Shown piece by piece: positions 22,601 to 35,070 of a stretch of DNA of 64,000 nucleotides. The translations under genes and the position numbers were made by a program. The notes beneath the pieces were generated by a model, which made no database searches, was not told the DNA's origin, and saw only the letters and a list, made by a program, of their open reading frames with translations. Origin of the DNA: Antechinus flavipes (Eukaryota); NCBI RefSeq assembly GCF_016432865.1, contig NC_067402.1, positions 223,758,001-223,822,000 of the forward strand, written 5' to 3'. Numbering within the stretch: the stretch's first letter is position 1; each line of letters begins with the position of its first letter.

Positions 22601-25000
22601 AGGGCTTGGCTGAGGCCCCTGTGGCCACAGTGAGAGGGCCGGGCGGGGGGGACGGCGTCGGCGTTTTTAAAAATAAACCGACCGCAGAGAAACCAACGGA
22701 GCCGGGCAGGGCTAGGGTGGGGGGGGGGAGGAAAATGGGGAGGGAGACTGGTCTGAAGGGGGGTTCTGGGGCCCAGAACCAGGGTTAGCTTTCTCCTAGG
22801 TGGGAAATCTGCCTTCCACTTCTTTTCTCTTTTTTCTTGGAACCCACTCCCACTTTTCCCTTCTTTTCCTCTGTCTTATCCCCTTTCATTTCAGCTCTTT
22901 TCCTAACTGTCATGTTTATCCCTTCAATCTCTTTATTTTCTTCTTGCTTTGTCTTTTTATGTCTGCTTTAAATACCCTGTTTCCTTATTTCTTGCATGCT
23001 CTCTCTCCAGTGATCTTTTTTTTCTTTCTCAATCTTTCCTTTTTTTTTTACTTCTGTCTCACTTCCTTTCCCTGTTCTCTCTTATTCCCCAAGGTCTCCC
23101 TATTTCTTATAGCGTCTCTATCTTTCTTAGTTTCTGCCTCAAAGTTACTCTGTACTTTTGGTCCCTTTTCCTCCAGCATTACTGTGCTGTTCAGTCCTAC
23201 CCTCTTTTCTTTCCTTTCTCCTTTTCCAGAGTCTGGCCTGCCCTGCCCAGATTTAAAATACTCTACCTAGTTTTAGAAAGTTAGTAGTTTGAGGGGGCTG
23301 GGGTGGGGTTTGGGTTACTGTGGCCAGGCTCAGAAGGGAGATGAAGGCTTTTGTAATGGGTGACCCAGAAGGGTTAGCAGAACCTTTGGCCATGCTAACT
23401 GGAGGTGGGCACTTTGTCTCTGAATAAAGTGGGTTGGAGGGGCACCAGGAGAAGGCAGCAGGTGACTAAACCCACCCTACCCTCAGCTCCAAGCTGTCCC
23501 ACATACATCTATTATTGGAAGCTAACAGGTGAGGGGGCTTGTGAGTGCTGGACTTCTAGGTTCTTGGAGAACTTCAGTCGGGGTGCTATTCATGCAAGAC
23601 TGCCGGGACCCTGGTATTTTAACCCCCAGCTCCCAAGAAGCCTAAGCAGATAGGAGCTCAGGTGACAATTCATCTCATTCTCATAGATGTCTCTTGGTGG
23701 AATGCCAAAGATGGCAGAATGGTAGTGATTGCATCCTGGATGTTGGTAATGGAATGGGATGCTTCAAGGATTTCTCCTTGTGGTCCCCAGATTAAGAATC
23801 CAGCATTGGATACTTAATGCTTTTCAGTAAAGGAAGCAAAGTCTTTCAACTCAAATTCTGCCAGGCTATAGGCTGAGGTAGATTCTCCTTGATCTGGCAA
23901 TACTGGTCATAGAAGGCCCTAAGGATGCACTAGGCATTTCTAATAGAATAGAAGTTCCACCCATGGGTACGCTGGGACAGGGAGCCCTGTATGCACTGGG
24001 GAACAACCTAGACAAAGTGGAGCTGGCTCTGAGCTTAGAGGCCCAAAGATATCCGGTCATCTGAGCCTGCATTGCTCCTTTTAGCCACCCAAAGTTGGGG
24101 TGCCAGCTGGCATTATGGAGCTAGGGGTGTCTCCTACAGTCTTGAAAGAAATTCTTGCTCCAGCCACAGTCTTGGCTCAGTGGTAACTTCTGCTCATTCT
24201 CAATGTTTCACTTTCTACTCCCCCCCCCTTTTTTTTCCTCTTCTCTGGCCCAAGACTTTGCCAAGAGATAGCTCATGGAGGTCCTGACCCCAGGGGAAGT
24301 AAATGGTTGTCTTGGAGGCAATGAATAGGAAATAGGGACCACAAGGGTATACTCAACTTTGAGAAGACAGCGTTTATTAAGTGCTTACTGGGTAGTAGAC
24401 ACTGCGCTAGATGCTGGAGATATAAAAAGATAAAAATATCATCCTTTCCCTCAAAGGGTTCACTTTCAAATCAAGTAAATAACATGTATATCCTAGCTAT
24501 GTATAGTCAAAGGGACAAGACAGGCACTCCGGGGGATAAGAGACATGACTGGGAACGGCTTCCTGCCACAGGTGGGATTCTGGTGACACTAGAAGAAAGC
24601 CAGGGAAGCTAGGAGGCTGAGGGGGGAAGGGAGAGCAGAGTGAGGAGAAGGAATAATGTGTGAGGGAACGGCAAGAAGATCAGGGTTGTTGGAGCATTTA
24701 TAGAAGGGAGTAACCTGGAAAAAGACTAAAAAAGAACATTGTGACCATCTTTGGAAGCCAGAAGAATCTGTATTTTATTTTGGACGTACAAGGAAAGGCA
24801 GTAAAATTGACTGGGTGGTGGGTGTGGGACATGGGCTGACCTGGCCCTCAGGGAGCTCCTTCAGGCAGCTGAGAGGAGGGTGGATTTGAGTAGAGAGAGG
24901 AGGCAGGAGATCACTAAGCGTGGAACTTGGGCTCAGGTACAGCCTTGCTCTTGGCTCCTGTCCTGGGTCCATTGACTCATGGCCATCTTCCTCTCTACAG

Positions 25001-26272
25001 GAGGAAGCACACTATGGCTCCAGCCCGTTGGCAATGCTGACTGCAGCCTGCAGCAAGTTTGGCAGCTCCAGTGCTCTCCCAGACTCAGCTACTGCAAGCA
25101 AAGCAGGTGCAAAGAAGTCGTACCCTTCGGGCAGTGAACTTTCTGCCTCCAAAACCATGGGCGATGCTTATCCAGCTCCGTTTGCAGGCACTAATGGCCT
25201 CCTTTCCTCCACAGCCAGTCCTCCGGCCCCAGCTTCAGGTTATACCAATGACTATACCCCTTTCTCTCACTCTTTCCCCGGACCCACAAGCACCCAGGAT
25301 CCTGGGCTACTGGTGCCCAAGGGGCATGGCTCTCCCGACTGCCTACCCAGTGTCTACACTTCCCTGGACATGACACACCCCTATGGCTCATGGTATAAGG
25401 CAGGAATTCATGCGGGCATCTCCCCTGGCCCTGGCAACACACCTACCCCGTGGTGGGACATGCACCCGGGGGGCAACTGGCTAGGTGGTGGGCAAAGCCA
25501 GAGTGATGGCTTGCAAGGGACGCTCTCCACCGGTCCAACTCAAACTCCACTCAACCCCCAGCTACCCAGCTACCCTTCTGAATTTGCTCCACTCAACCCT
25601 GCCCCCTACCCAGCTCCCCATCTTCTCCCTCCTGGACCCCAACATGTCCTGCCCCAGGATGTTTACAAACCTAAGGCTGTGGGCAACGGGGGGCAGATAG
25701 AAGGAGGTGGTGGGAATAAGCCTTCTCGGGGTGCAGGTACAGGAGGCAGTGGGGCTTATGGGGGTGGGGGGGCTGGGCGGTCCACATGTGATTGCCCTAA
25801 CTGCCAAGAGCTAGAGCGGTTGGGGGCAGCGGCTGCTGGGCTGAGGAAGAAGCCCATCCACAGCTGCCATATTCCCGGCTGCGGCAAAGTCTATGGGAAA
25901 GCTTCACACCTGAAGGCCCACCTTCGCTGGCACACAGGAGAGAGGCCCTTTGTCTGCAACTGGCTTTTTTGTGGCAAGAGGTTCACCCGATCAGATGAAT
26001 TGGAACGGCACGTCCGCACTCACACCCGAGAGAAGAAATTCACCTGCCTGCTTTGCTCAAAGAGATTCACCCGAAGTGATCACCTGAGCAAACATCAGCG
26101 CACCCATGGCGAGCCCGGTCCTGGACCCCCTTCTTCCGGCCCCAAAGAACTGGGGGAGGTTCGGGGAGCAGAGGAGGAAGGCACTCAGGCCCCTAGGCCA
26201 ACAGCTTCACCCATACCGTCTGAGAAAGCCCCAGGAGGCAGCCCGGAGCAAAGCAGTCTGCTGGAGATTTGA
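25001..26272 (+). CDS. SP7: SP7/Osterix coding exon 2; total protein 430 aa
   Basis: Acceptor CTCTCTACAG|GAG; Sp box [14 protein letters not shown], Btd box CDCPNCQE, three C2H2 fingers, C-terminus SSLLEI. Confidence 0.98.
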   Translation, partial: EEAHYGSSPLAMLTAACSKFGSSSALPDSATASKAGAKKSYPSGSELSASKTMGDAYPAPFAGTNGLLSSTASPPAPASGYTNDYTPFSHSFPGPTSTQDPGLLVPKGHGSPDCLPSVYTSLDMTHPYGSWYKAGIHAGISPGPGNTPTPWWDMHPGGNWLGGGQSQSDGLQGTLSTGPTQTPLNPQLPSYPSEFAPLNPAPYPAPHLLPPGPQHVLPQDVYKPKAVGNGGQIEGGGGNKPSRGAGTGGSGAYGGGGAGRSTCDCPNCQELERLGAAAAGLRKKPIHSCHIPGCGKVYGKASHLKAHLRWHTGERPFVCNWLFCGKRFTRSDELERHVRTHTREKKFTCLLCSKRFTRSDHLSKHQRTHGEPGPGPPSSGPKELGEVRGAEEEGTQAPRPTASPIPSEKAPGGSPEQSSLLEI

Positions 26273-27738
26273 ATCGAGAGGGCCCTACCCAGTTGCCCAT
26301 ACTCTGTAGCTTGCCTTAGTCCCTTTCCCCATTGCTGGTCCCTTACTTCCCTTGCTACCTCTTCTGTTTTCCCTTATTTGCTCACCACACTCCCCAAGCT
26401 CTGACCCAATGTGTCCCCGAGCCCCTAATTTGTCCTCCACCTCCTCTCACTCTACTCCACCTAGTATTGACATATTCTGTAAGTGGTCCTTCCCAACTAG
26501 TTTACTCTTTCTTCCTCTCCCTCATTTTAACCTTGTTTTTCCCTCATTCCTCCAAACTCACCATTTGTCTCAGATCTCACTGTCCTTTCTTTTATCCTCC
26601 CTTCCAATATTGCCCCATTCTTTCCCCTGCATTATCCCCACCCAATTCCTTATCCTAGCTTACCAAACTGTAGTCGGTGGCTCTCCCCTAGCCTGAATTT
26701 CTTCTGGTCTCCCACCTGAATTTCCATACATTCACTTACAGTGGGAGATTAACCAGGGGCCTATGATCAATTGAGTCTTCTACAGGGGTTGAACAGGGAT
26801 CCATTCATTCCATCTAACCTCTCATTAATTCATCCAGCTAATGTCTATTTGGGCACCTACTATGAGTGTGGTATTGTGCTAGGTGCTTCTGCTTGGTCCT
26901 CTAATCTCTGATTTGCTACGTTTCTAAAGTGTTTACTTCTTTAAAACTCTGGCATTATCAACTCAAGTTCCTCCCCTTCCCCCCCCCCATTTCTCCTTAA
27001 TTCCATTTGCTATTCCCTATACTCTCCCAATCTTTTACTTCATTGCTTCACTTTCACAACTTTTCCCCCTTTTATAAACACAACAATAATAATGATAATT
27101 TATTGTCCTCTGGGTGCCCCTCTTTAGGAGCAAAAACCTAGGAGGTGGGGTTAATTGCCTAATAGGGAGTGGGATGGGGACCAATCCCAGCGGTGGGGTG
27201 ACCTCCAAAATGAGGGAAGCTGCTGCCAAGTTTATGCATATTAAACCCACCCTGTGAATGGAGAATAATGAATAGTGATAATTAATAATAATTCTATTTA
27301 TCTAAGTTATGATGACGGGTCAGGCAGTACTAGACCAGGGATAAGTAGGGGTCTGCCTCTGCTAAGGGAGAGCCCAGTAGCAAGTCTTTGCTTCCAGATG
27401 GGTTGACTACATTGATCTCTCTTTCTCTCTCTCTGTCTCTCTCTCTCTCTCTTCCCCCTAACAATCTCAGTCAGTGGGGACTTTGCTAATGACATCTCCT
27501 TTAGTCTCAATTTATGAGGTTTCTCTGTAATTGTGGTCTATTCTTAATGAATGGGATTTCTCTTTTTATGGAATTTCTGCTAACAGGGTGGGTCGTTAGC
27601 TGAATCTTCATACTCAAAAGAGTTTGATGAGGTCTTTGTCAATTGGGGTTTCTCTGATATCAGGGATGCTGTTATTGGGGTTTCACTGGTAAAGGGGTTT
27701 TCCCAGCCCCAGCCAGAAACTGTGAAACATCCAGTCCT

Positions 27739-27741
<3 letters not shown>

Positions 27742-27772
<31 letters not shown>
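27742..27772. repeat. (TG)15 microsatellite in the probable SP7 3' UTR
   Basis: Direct read. Confidence 0.95.
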
Positions 27773-27774
<2 letters not shown>

Positions 27775-28446
27775 GGAGGTGGAAGTAGTTGTGTGAATTC
27801 ACCAATTCTTACTCTCCAGCTCCTCTGAATCCCAGATCCAGGTCTCGCTGCTCCCTTTCACCCCCTACTCCCATCCTAGGCTCTGTGGTCTCACAGAGAA
27901 CCTCATTGGTCATTTTAGAAATATTACCTAAAGGTAGCCTAATCTGATAGGTCAGGGACAGTAGATGGCGGTTGGGAGAAGGAGGTGTGCGTGAATGAGA
28001 GGCTTTCTCTGGGACTAGAATCAATCAAAGCAATGAATCAACAAATAATACCCGAGTGCCCATTCGATCTAAAGCACTGTGTATTTGGAAATTAGAGGAG
28101 GGAATTAGAGGGGAAAAGGTTGTTGGGGAAAAAATTAGAAAGGTAAAGTCCCAAATCTGATATTAGATGCCTCTAATTAACCTGACTTTTACTGTCAACC
28201 CCATCCTATCCTGGAACTTCGGATGCTCCCGAGTACACCTTCAATGACTTTCAATGCCGCTCAGTGCCTTTGTATCTCTTTTCTCCTTACCCCACCCTCC
28301 AGCTCCTAGTGGCTCCAGGTGGAAGGAGGATGACCTCACCTAGGAGAGGGAAAAGGGGATCGTGGGAGGGAAGGGTCATGCCCTCGTGGAGTTTTTTGTT
28401 TTGGTTTTATTTTTTTTTGTTTGTTTCGTGTTTTTTTTTTTAATTT

Positions 28447-28452
28447 AATAAA
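28447..28452 (+). terminator. SP7: Probable SP7 polyadenylation signal AATAAA
   Basis: AATAAA preceded by a U-rich upstream tract, about 2.2 kb after the stop; no transcript evidence available. Confidence 0.55.
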
Positions 28453-28849
28453 TATCTGATTTGATATGATGTCCAGTTGGAAGGGGGAAGATCTGGGTTG
28501 GTGGAGTGGAGGTCAGGGGTAGAAGTGTGGAACAAAAGGGAAAGGCAACCACATTTCTCTCCAAGTTGGAAAACATCTCTAATTGCATTCTATTCTGCAT
28601 TTATTTGCATAGCAAATACGGCCTCCAGCCCGTCATTACGGGTTAGATTTTTTAAATTTAGCAGTGCTCTTCGAATCCGTGGGCAGAAGTGGGTACTTTC
28701 TCTTGTATTCGATTTTATCCAGACCCAATCCCTTCCAATTGACCTAACCCTTGGGCCCTGCCTTTGGGATCCGGCTATCGGAGAACTGCAGAGAGAGGGA
28801 GGCTTCAGGTGCAAGGGATGAAAGCGGCAGGGGACTTGCTTGGACCCCA

Positions 28850-29950
28850 CCCGCCTAGGCCGGACTCTGCGTGGGCTGGTCCGGTCTTAGTCTAACTTTG
28901 CCCAAGTCCCACCCCGCCCCTGACCTAGCAATCATCTACACCCGAGGAGCAGCCGCGAAGGAACAAAAGCGGGTCTGTGGCTCCAGAGATCCCCGAGCCA
29001 CAATAGAGCTTTGTGAGGTCCCCAGCCCTCGGGGCTCCCCTGCTGAGCTGGGCGGAGCTCTCCAATTCCTCTTCCCGGGGGATCTAAGCTTAACCCGGGC
29101 AGCTCGGCGTGTCCTGCGGCTTGTGTCCCCATTGCTGGGGGAGGGGAAGCCGGGGAAGCTAGGGAAGGTAGGGAGATGGCTGGTGTGGGAGGGGGGAGAT
29201 CTGGATCACACACCTCACCTACTCCTTCCCTGCTTTGGGTCCCTATTCCTCCGAGCACTCCATCGGTAAATCTCCCGGTCTGGGGACAGAGCGCTCTCCA
29301 TCAAAGGGACTTTGCAAAAGATTGCGCAGTTAGCTGTGCCCTAGGCCCCGGATCTCCTTGGGGAGCTGGAGAATCCTAGAACCCCAGAAAGGAGGTGCTG
29401 GAAGGAGAAAGACAGGGCCCTGGCAAACGTTTCAAGCGCCCCCGTCCCCAGACTAGGAGACCACCCGAGACCCCCGGCCTTCTTATTCCAGCCGGTGGCA
29501 GGTTTTCCTTCTCTTGCCTCCTCAGCCTTTTCATCTTCCTCCATTCCGGTTGAAGATTTTTTTTTGCCGGTTTCTAGGATATGAAAAGCCGAGTCCAGTG
29601 GAGACGGCGCGAAGCCAGGACAAATAGGCCCGGAGGGCGCGGGTCCGAAGCATGTGCCAAAGAAATTGGGTACCGGGCCAGGAGCGTGGAGCGCTGAGCA
29701 ATGGACTCAGGAAACAGACCCAGGGCGCGTGGCTGTTGCCCACGGGGTTTTCTACCACTCCCCCAAGACTCCCTCAGGAGGGTATCCCTTTCCAGAAACC
29801 GTCCCTGCCCTCCCACTGCCTCAGTTTCCCCTCGAGTTCCCTAGGGAGATTGGAGTGGAGATAACGTTGGATAGTCGCTTTGTTTCTTCGCTCCAGCGAT
29901 TTAGCCTGGACAACCTCGCCCCCTCGTGGAACGGACTAGGAAATGCATTA
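28850..29950. promoter_or_regulatory. Intergenic CpG-rich island between SP7 and AAAS
   Basis: Elevated CpG density and GC boxes; no recognisable coding exon. Confidence 0.5.
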
Positions 29951-30259
29951 GGCTTGTATATATTAAACAAATTGGTCCGCGGGCCTAGGGAAATTTTTTT
30001 TTAAAATAATAATTAATTTTTCCAGTTAACTAGTATTTGTTTTCTTTCCTTCCCATTCCCACTCCCAGCCTCTTCCCCCCAAGGAAAAAGGAAGAGAAAA
30101 CTTTTAGAACGTGTGATTATGCAAATATACTTAGTCAGGCAAAACAAATTCCCACATTGACCATGTTCAAAAATACATCTCATTCTGTGTCATCTCTGAA
30201 TGCATCTTTCAGGAGATGAGCTCTTCATCCTAAATCCTCCTGGTTCAAAGTTCATGTAA

Positions 30260-31150
30260 ACTTCCCAGATTTCTCTGAAACTATTCACCATTCCTTATGG
30301 CATGATTGAGTTCTCTTCCATTTATGTATCATAATTTGTTCAGTCATTCCCCAACTGATAAATATCCCTTTAGTTTCTAGTTCTTTTCCATCACAAAAAG
30401 AGCTGATAAATATTTTTGTACATATGGATCCTTTTCCTCTTTCTTTGATCTTAATGGTATAGACCTGATAGTAGTATCACGGAGTCAAAGGAAATGCATA
30501 GTTTAATAATTTTCTTTGAACACCTCCAAAGTGCTTTCCAGGATAAATTTATACCTTCACTAAACAGTGCATTAATGTTCCTGTTTTCCCATGGTTCCTT
30601 CAATATTTATCACTTTCTTTTTTTTTTTTTTTGTCAATTTGCCAACCTGATGGGTATAAAACACTTTAATAAAGCTCAGTTCATAATTAATCGTAAATTT
30701 GGAGTATTTTTTCATATGACTAGGATAGTTTTGATTTCTTTTTTTGAAAACTTTCTGTTTATATCCTTTGACCATTTTTTAATGTTGTTCAGTCATTTTT
30801 CATTAGTGTCTGATTCTTTTTTTATAATAGCTTTTTATTTTTCCAAATACATGCAAAGATAATTTTTAACATTCACCTTTGCAAAACCTTGTGTTTCAAT
30901 TTTCTCTCTCTCCCTTCTTTCCTTTCCCCCTCCTTTGACAGCAAACAATCCACCATAGGTTAAATATGCAAAAGTCTTCTAAACATATTTCAATATTTGT
31001 TATGCTATGCAAGAAAAATCTGATCAAAAGGGGAAAAAAACATCCCCCCAAAGTGAAAATGCTATGCTTTTATCCACATTCAGTCTCCATAGTTCTCTCT
31101 CTGAATGGAGATGGCTCTTTCCATCACAGTTCATTAGAACTACCTTGAAT
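30260..31150 (-). mobile_element. Two adjacent L1 3' fragments (older and younger subfamily)
   Basis: CACAAAAAGAGCTG ORF2-end motif in reverse; 30830-31150 resembles 1-300. Confidence 0.7.
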
Positions 31151-34100
31151 CATTTTATTTGACTATTTTTCTATTGAAGAACCCTGAGCAAAACTCAAAT
31201 AGTGCTCAGCATCCCCCACCTTAATACTCAGTAGGGTTTGCTCTTGCTAGGTTTCCCTGGAACTCCTTGTCTTGGGTCTCATCACTTCAGAGCTAAACTG
31301 GAGATGTCTTCATAGAATCTGAGTGGGAAAGGATCTCAGGTGACATTTAATTAAACCCCTACTTGTAATGGTCATCTAATCTATGCTTGCAGACCTCTAT
31401 GATGGGGGAAGTGCTCTGAAAGGGTTAGGCCAAAGCTCTGGAGCCAGCTATATTTGTTAAGAAGTTTTTCCCTATTTGAAAGAGAAGTGTGCTTCTCTAT
31501 ATCTTGCACTCATTGCTCTTTATTTCTTCTCTGGGTAGCTAAGCAAAACAAGATGAACCTCTTGTATAACAATTTTTCAAATAACGGAAGCAATTTTTGT
31601 GATCTTTTCCTTCTCCATTCTAAACATCCCTAATATTTATGATTTCATGTATTTTCATCATCCTGGTTGTGCTCGAGAAAGAGCTCCAGTTTGTCAATGT
31701 CCTGCTTACAATGCACAAAGTGACAATTTCAGTTTATGGCAATAAATACTCCTGCTAATAGTAAAAGTCTGGAGGAAAGTCCTGACTTGAAGGGTTAGCT
31801 TAAAATCTTCTGATCCCCCTGGTTTTACTCAAGGGAACTGGTATCTGGAAAATAACATTAGATTGGTAGGTTCGTCTGTAGGTAAGGGTAGGTACATCAA
31901 TTTACTTCTCTGAGGTTCACTTTTCTTGATTATAAAATGAAGGGATTGGACTAGATTATCTCTAAAATTCCTTTGAACCCTAATTCCTGTGAAAGTGAAG
32001 TGATTAGCCAAAGGTCATAGAGCCAGCAAGTTCACCTGACTCATTTAACTTCTAACACAGTTCTTTTCCCATCAGTACTGGCCTACCTTCTGCAGACAAT
32101 TGCCTGACTCTTCTCTTGGGTTGTCTAACTTAAAGTAGAAAATGTCAAGGTAGGTGGTGTCGGAAGAGGCAGGTGATACTTTGGAAACAAAATGTCCCTC
32201 AGATTAGACCACTTGCTAGTTCAGCATTCTCCCTGCCCCAAGCTGTCCGTTCCTTTGTCCATTATAAATTTTAACTTGGGCCAGGCAGGGAGTACTAAGA
32301 CAGAAGGGAAACAACAAAGGAATACAAATCTAACATTAGAGGAGACCACAGAGATAATCCCTGTTTCTTAAACTTTTTCCCACTCTGACCCCTTTTCCCA
32401 AGAGAAATTTTTACAAAACCCCTGAACCCTGATGGAGGATCGGACCAGTCTACTTATAGAGAAAAAATATGTCATAGGGACAGAAGATTTTTCTAAATAT
32501 ATGACATTCTTTATGGCTTCAGCCATTAAGGTTACACAGGCCTATCAAACAGATTCATTATCTTATTTTTCCTTCAATTGTCCTTGTTCAGTTGCTTCAA
32601 CCATGCCTACTCTTTGTGACCCACAGTTGGGGTTTTCTTGGCAAAGACACTGAAGTGTTTTGCTGTTTCTTTCTCCAGTTCATTTAACAGATGAGGAAAT
32701 TCAGGCAAGCAATGTTAAGTGATTTGATCATCCTCACATAGCTAGTAAGCAGGGGTTGAACAAATTAAGAACAAATTAGTAAACACACAAATTTATAAAT
32801 TTAAACACTGAATTCACAAAATCATACATTTCCAAGGCTATCTTTTAAAGAAGTCCCAATGGGTTAATTAAGATGAGTCACAAAGAGAAAGAGCTCTCAC
32901 TTTGGGAGGGTTTAAACAGTTTTGTAGATGGCATATTTCTTTTAGACACAGGCCAGAACCCCACCTGGCTGGCCCCTGACTTTTCGGGTCCTTGAACCAG
33001 GTGCTAGTTCCTTCCTTTCACCATTTGGCCTCTTTCTTCCTCCTTTCTTCTTCCCCATCCTGGGGAAATTCAAATTCAAATTCAAATTAGGCAAATTCAA
33101 ATTATGTAAAAAGTCATTTTAAATAGAAGTCTATGGATTGTTCTATTAATATAAAGTGAGAGGTCTATTGTTACAGCTAACATTTTTGTAGTGCTTATGC
33201 TGTGTCATACACTGTCTTAAATACTTTACAACTAGTATATTATTTGATCCTCACAACAACCCTGGGAGGTGCTATAATTCTTAAGTAAGGAAGTGTCAAA
33301 GTCAGAACAATGCTTTGGGAATATTATTTTGGCAGTTGTATGGAGGATGGTTGGAAAGGGGAGAGAGTGGAGTTAAGGAGATGAAGTAGAGACTATTACA
33401 CAGACTATTATTCTAAGAATGTGAGAAATATAGAAAAACAGTGAAGAACTTACAGGATCAGATGAAAAACAAAGCAAGCAGAAGTAGAAAAATGATATAC
33501 ATAATGACTACAGTGGAAAAAATAACTACAAAACAACTGAAAATTAATGTTGCCAAAATGAAGAATAAGCATGATCCAAAGAAGATATATGAGAAGACAT
33601 CACCCTTCTAACTTCTTTTTCAGAAATGTTTATAAGTATGGAACTTTGCTTTACAATTTTTTTTTAATGTATTGAATATTTTTTGCTGAATTGTATTTAG
33701 ATGATGTGAAAAAGGTAACAATAAATATATTTTAAAATAAGAAAAAGTTTAAAATGAGTCTACTACTATAGTTGATATGAGTACTGACTAAGTCCTGAAC
33801 TGGAGTGTTGGCTATGAGTGCAGAGAAAAGAACAGATTGAACAGAATATTTTAGAGATAGAATTACCAAGATTTGCCAATTGGATTGGATTGAGGAAGTG
33901 AAAGGAAAGATTCTTTCTACTGGGGTATGATTCTTGTTCTTATATAAATTTGATTTACTTATATATCTCTGAAGTGAAACCTTTATCAGAGAAAATTATT
34001 GCAAAGATTTTCCTCTGTTACCTATTACCTTTCAGTTTCAATTATATTGCTTTGGTTTATACAAAAACTTTTCAAAGTTGTACATTTCATTTTTGTGATC

Positions 34101-34249
34101 CTCTCTATCTCATTTGGCCAAGAACTCTTCTTTTCATAAAGCCATAAGCTCATTTCTTTCTTGCTTTTCTAATTTGCATGATGTGACATTTTATTGTTAT
34201 TGTTATTCCTTTTAGATATGACATTTTGTTGTTTGTTATTATTATTTTT

Positions 34250-35070
34250 ATTCCTTTTAGAAGAGGACCAATGACATCATGAGGGTGATGTCTTGATTTG
34301 CTCTAGAACTGGATTTAAGTGAGGCAGAGTAGCAAAGAGTCCTCAACTTCGTTTTCTCTTCCAGAGTCATGGAGGTCCACCCAGTGGCAAAACAAAAATC
34401 AATAGGACTGATGATGGCCTGAGATGCAATGGATGCCTTGATATCTTCAGTATCTGACCAAGCTCCAGCCACCTTCATGAAGGGAACAAATTGTTCTTTT
34501 TTTTTTTTAAATCAAGATTTAACTTTTTATTGAACTTTTGATTTACATATTTACTATGTTTCTGTGTATTTGAGAGTATTTTTTTTAAATTTTGGCATAG
34601 CAGAATATAAAAACAGTGAGTTGCAGCTACATTTATTTCCAAAACAATTCCAACAAAGTGTTAGTCCACTCTTCCACATATATATACTACTTGTATATAT
34701 TTTTCTTTTTACTCTATCCAAAATCTTGACCAAGATGGCAAAAAAAATTAAAATTAAACCTATTCAAATGCAAAGAAAACAATCTATTGTAAAATAAACT
34801 TTATGTTGAACAAATTGTTCTTATCCATCCATTCCCCTGGGGGAAGTTTGCACCTACTTGGAATAAACACTTCCTAAACTCAGGAGTTTTAGACCTATCA
34901 AGTTACTCTCAACCTGCAAGGTTGGTTTTACCAGGTATGGCTACTATGCATGCTAAATCTTCTTGGAGCCACAGGTGAGAATTGGGATGCTGACACCAAA
35001 GGGAGATGAGCAGCCATGAAAAGGCTTCAACCTCACACTAGAGATCCTAGTCCTCCCTAAACAACTCCAT
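34250..35070. mobile_element. Marsupial SINE-like interspersed repeat (WALLSI-like), interrupted by a retrocopy
   Basis: GAAGAGGACCAATGACATC...TTCTTGGAGCCACAGGTGAG resembles a marsupial repeat I recall; family name uncertain. Confidence 0.5.
34499..34807 (-). pseudogene. 5'-truncated processed retrocopy of 3'UTR-like sequence (parent gene unknown)
   Basis: 15-bp TSD GAACAAATTGTTCTT at 34484-34498 and 34808-34822; poly-A tail; AATAAA (minus, 34526-34531) 17 nt before the tail; body unlike the L1 tails in this window. Confidence 0.7.

Noticed and set aside
22800-23284. 156-aa and 111-aa F/L/S-rich ORFs
   Set aside because: Pyrimidine-rich low-complexity intron sequence
24920-25000. 27-aa N-terminal extension of the 450-aa SP7 ORF
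   Set aside because: Starts at GTG in the intron and runs through the polypyrimidine tract; the true N-terminus is the MASSLLE exon at 19639
27309-27315. ATGATGA resembling a snoRNA C box
   Set aside because: No CTGA D box or terminal stem at a suitable distance, and the site is in a 3' UTR rather than an intron
28670-28678. TTCGAATCC resembling a tRNA B box
   Set aside because: No A box or cloverleaf can be folded around it
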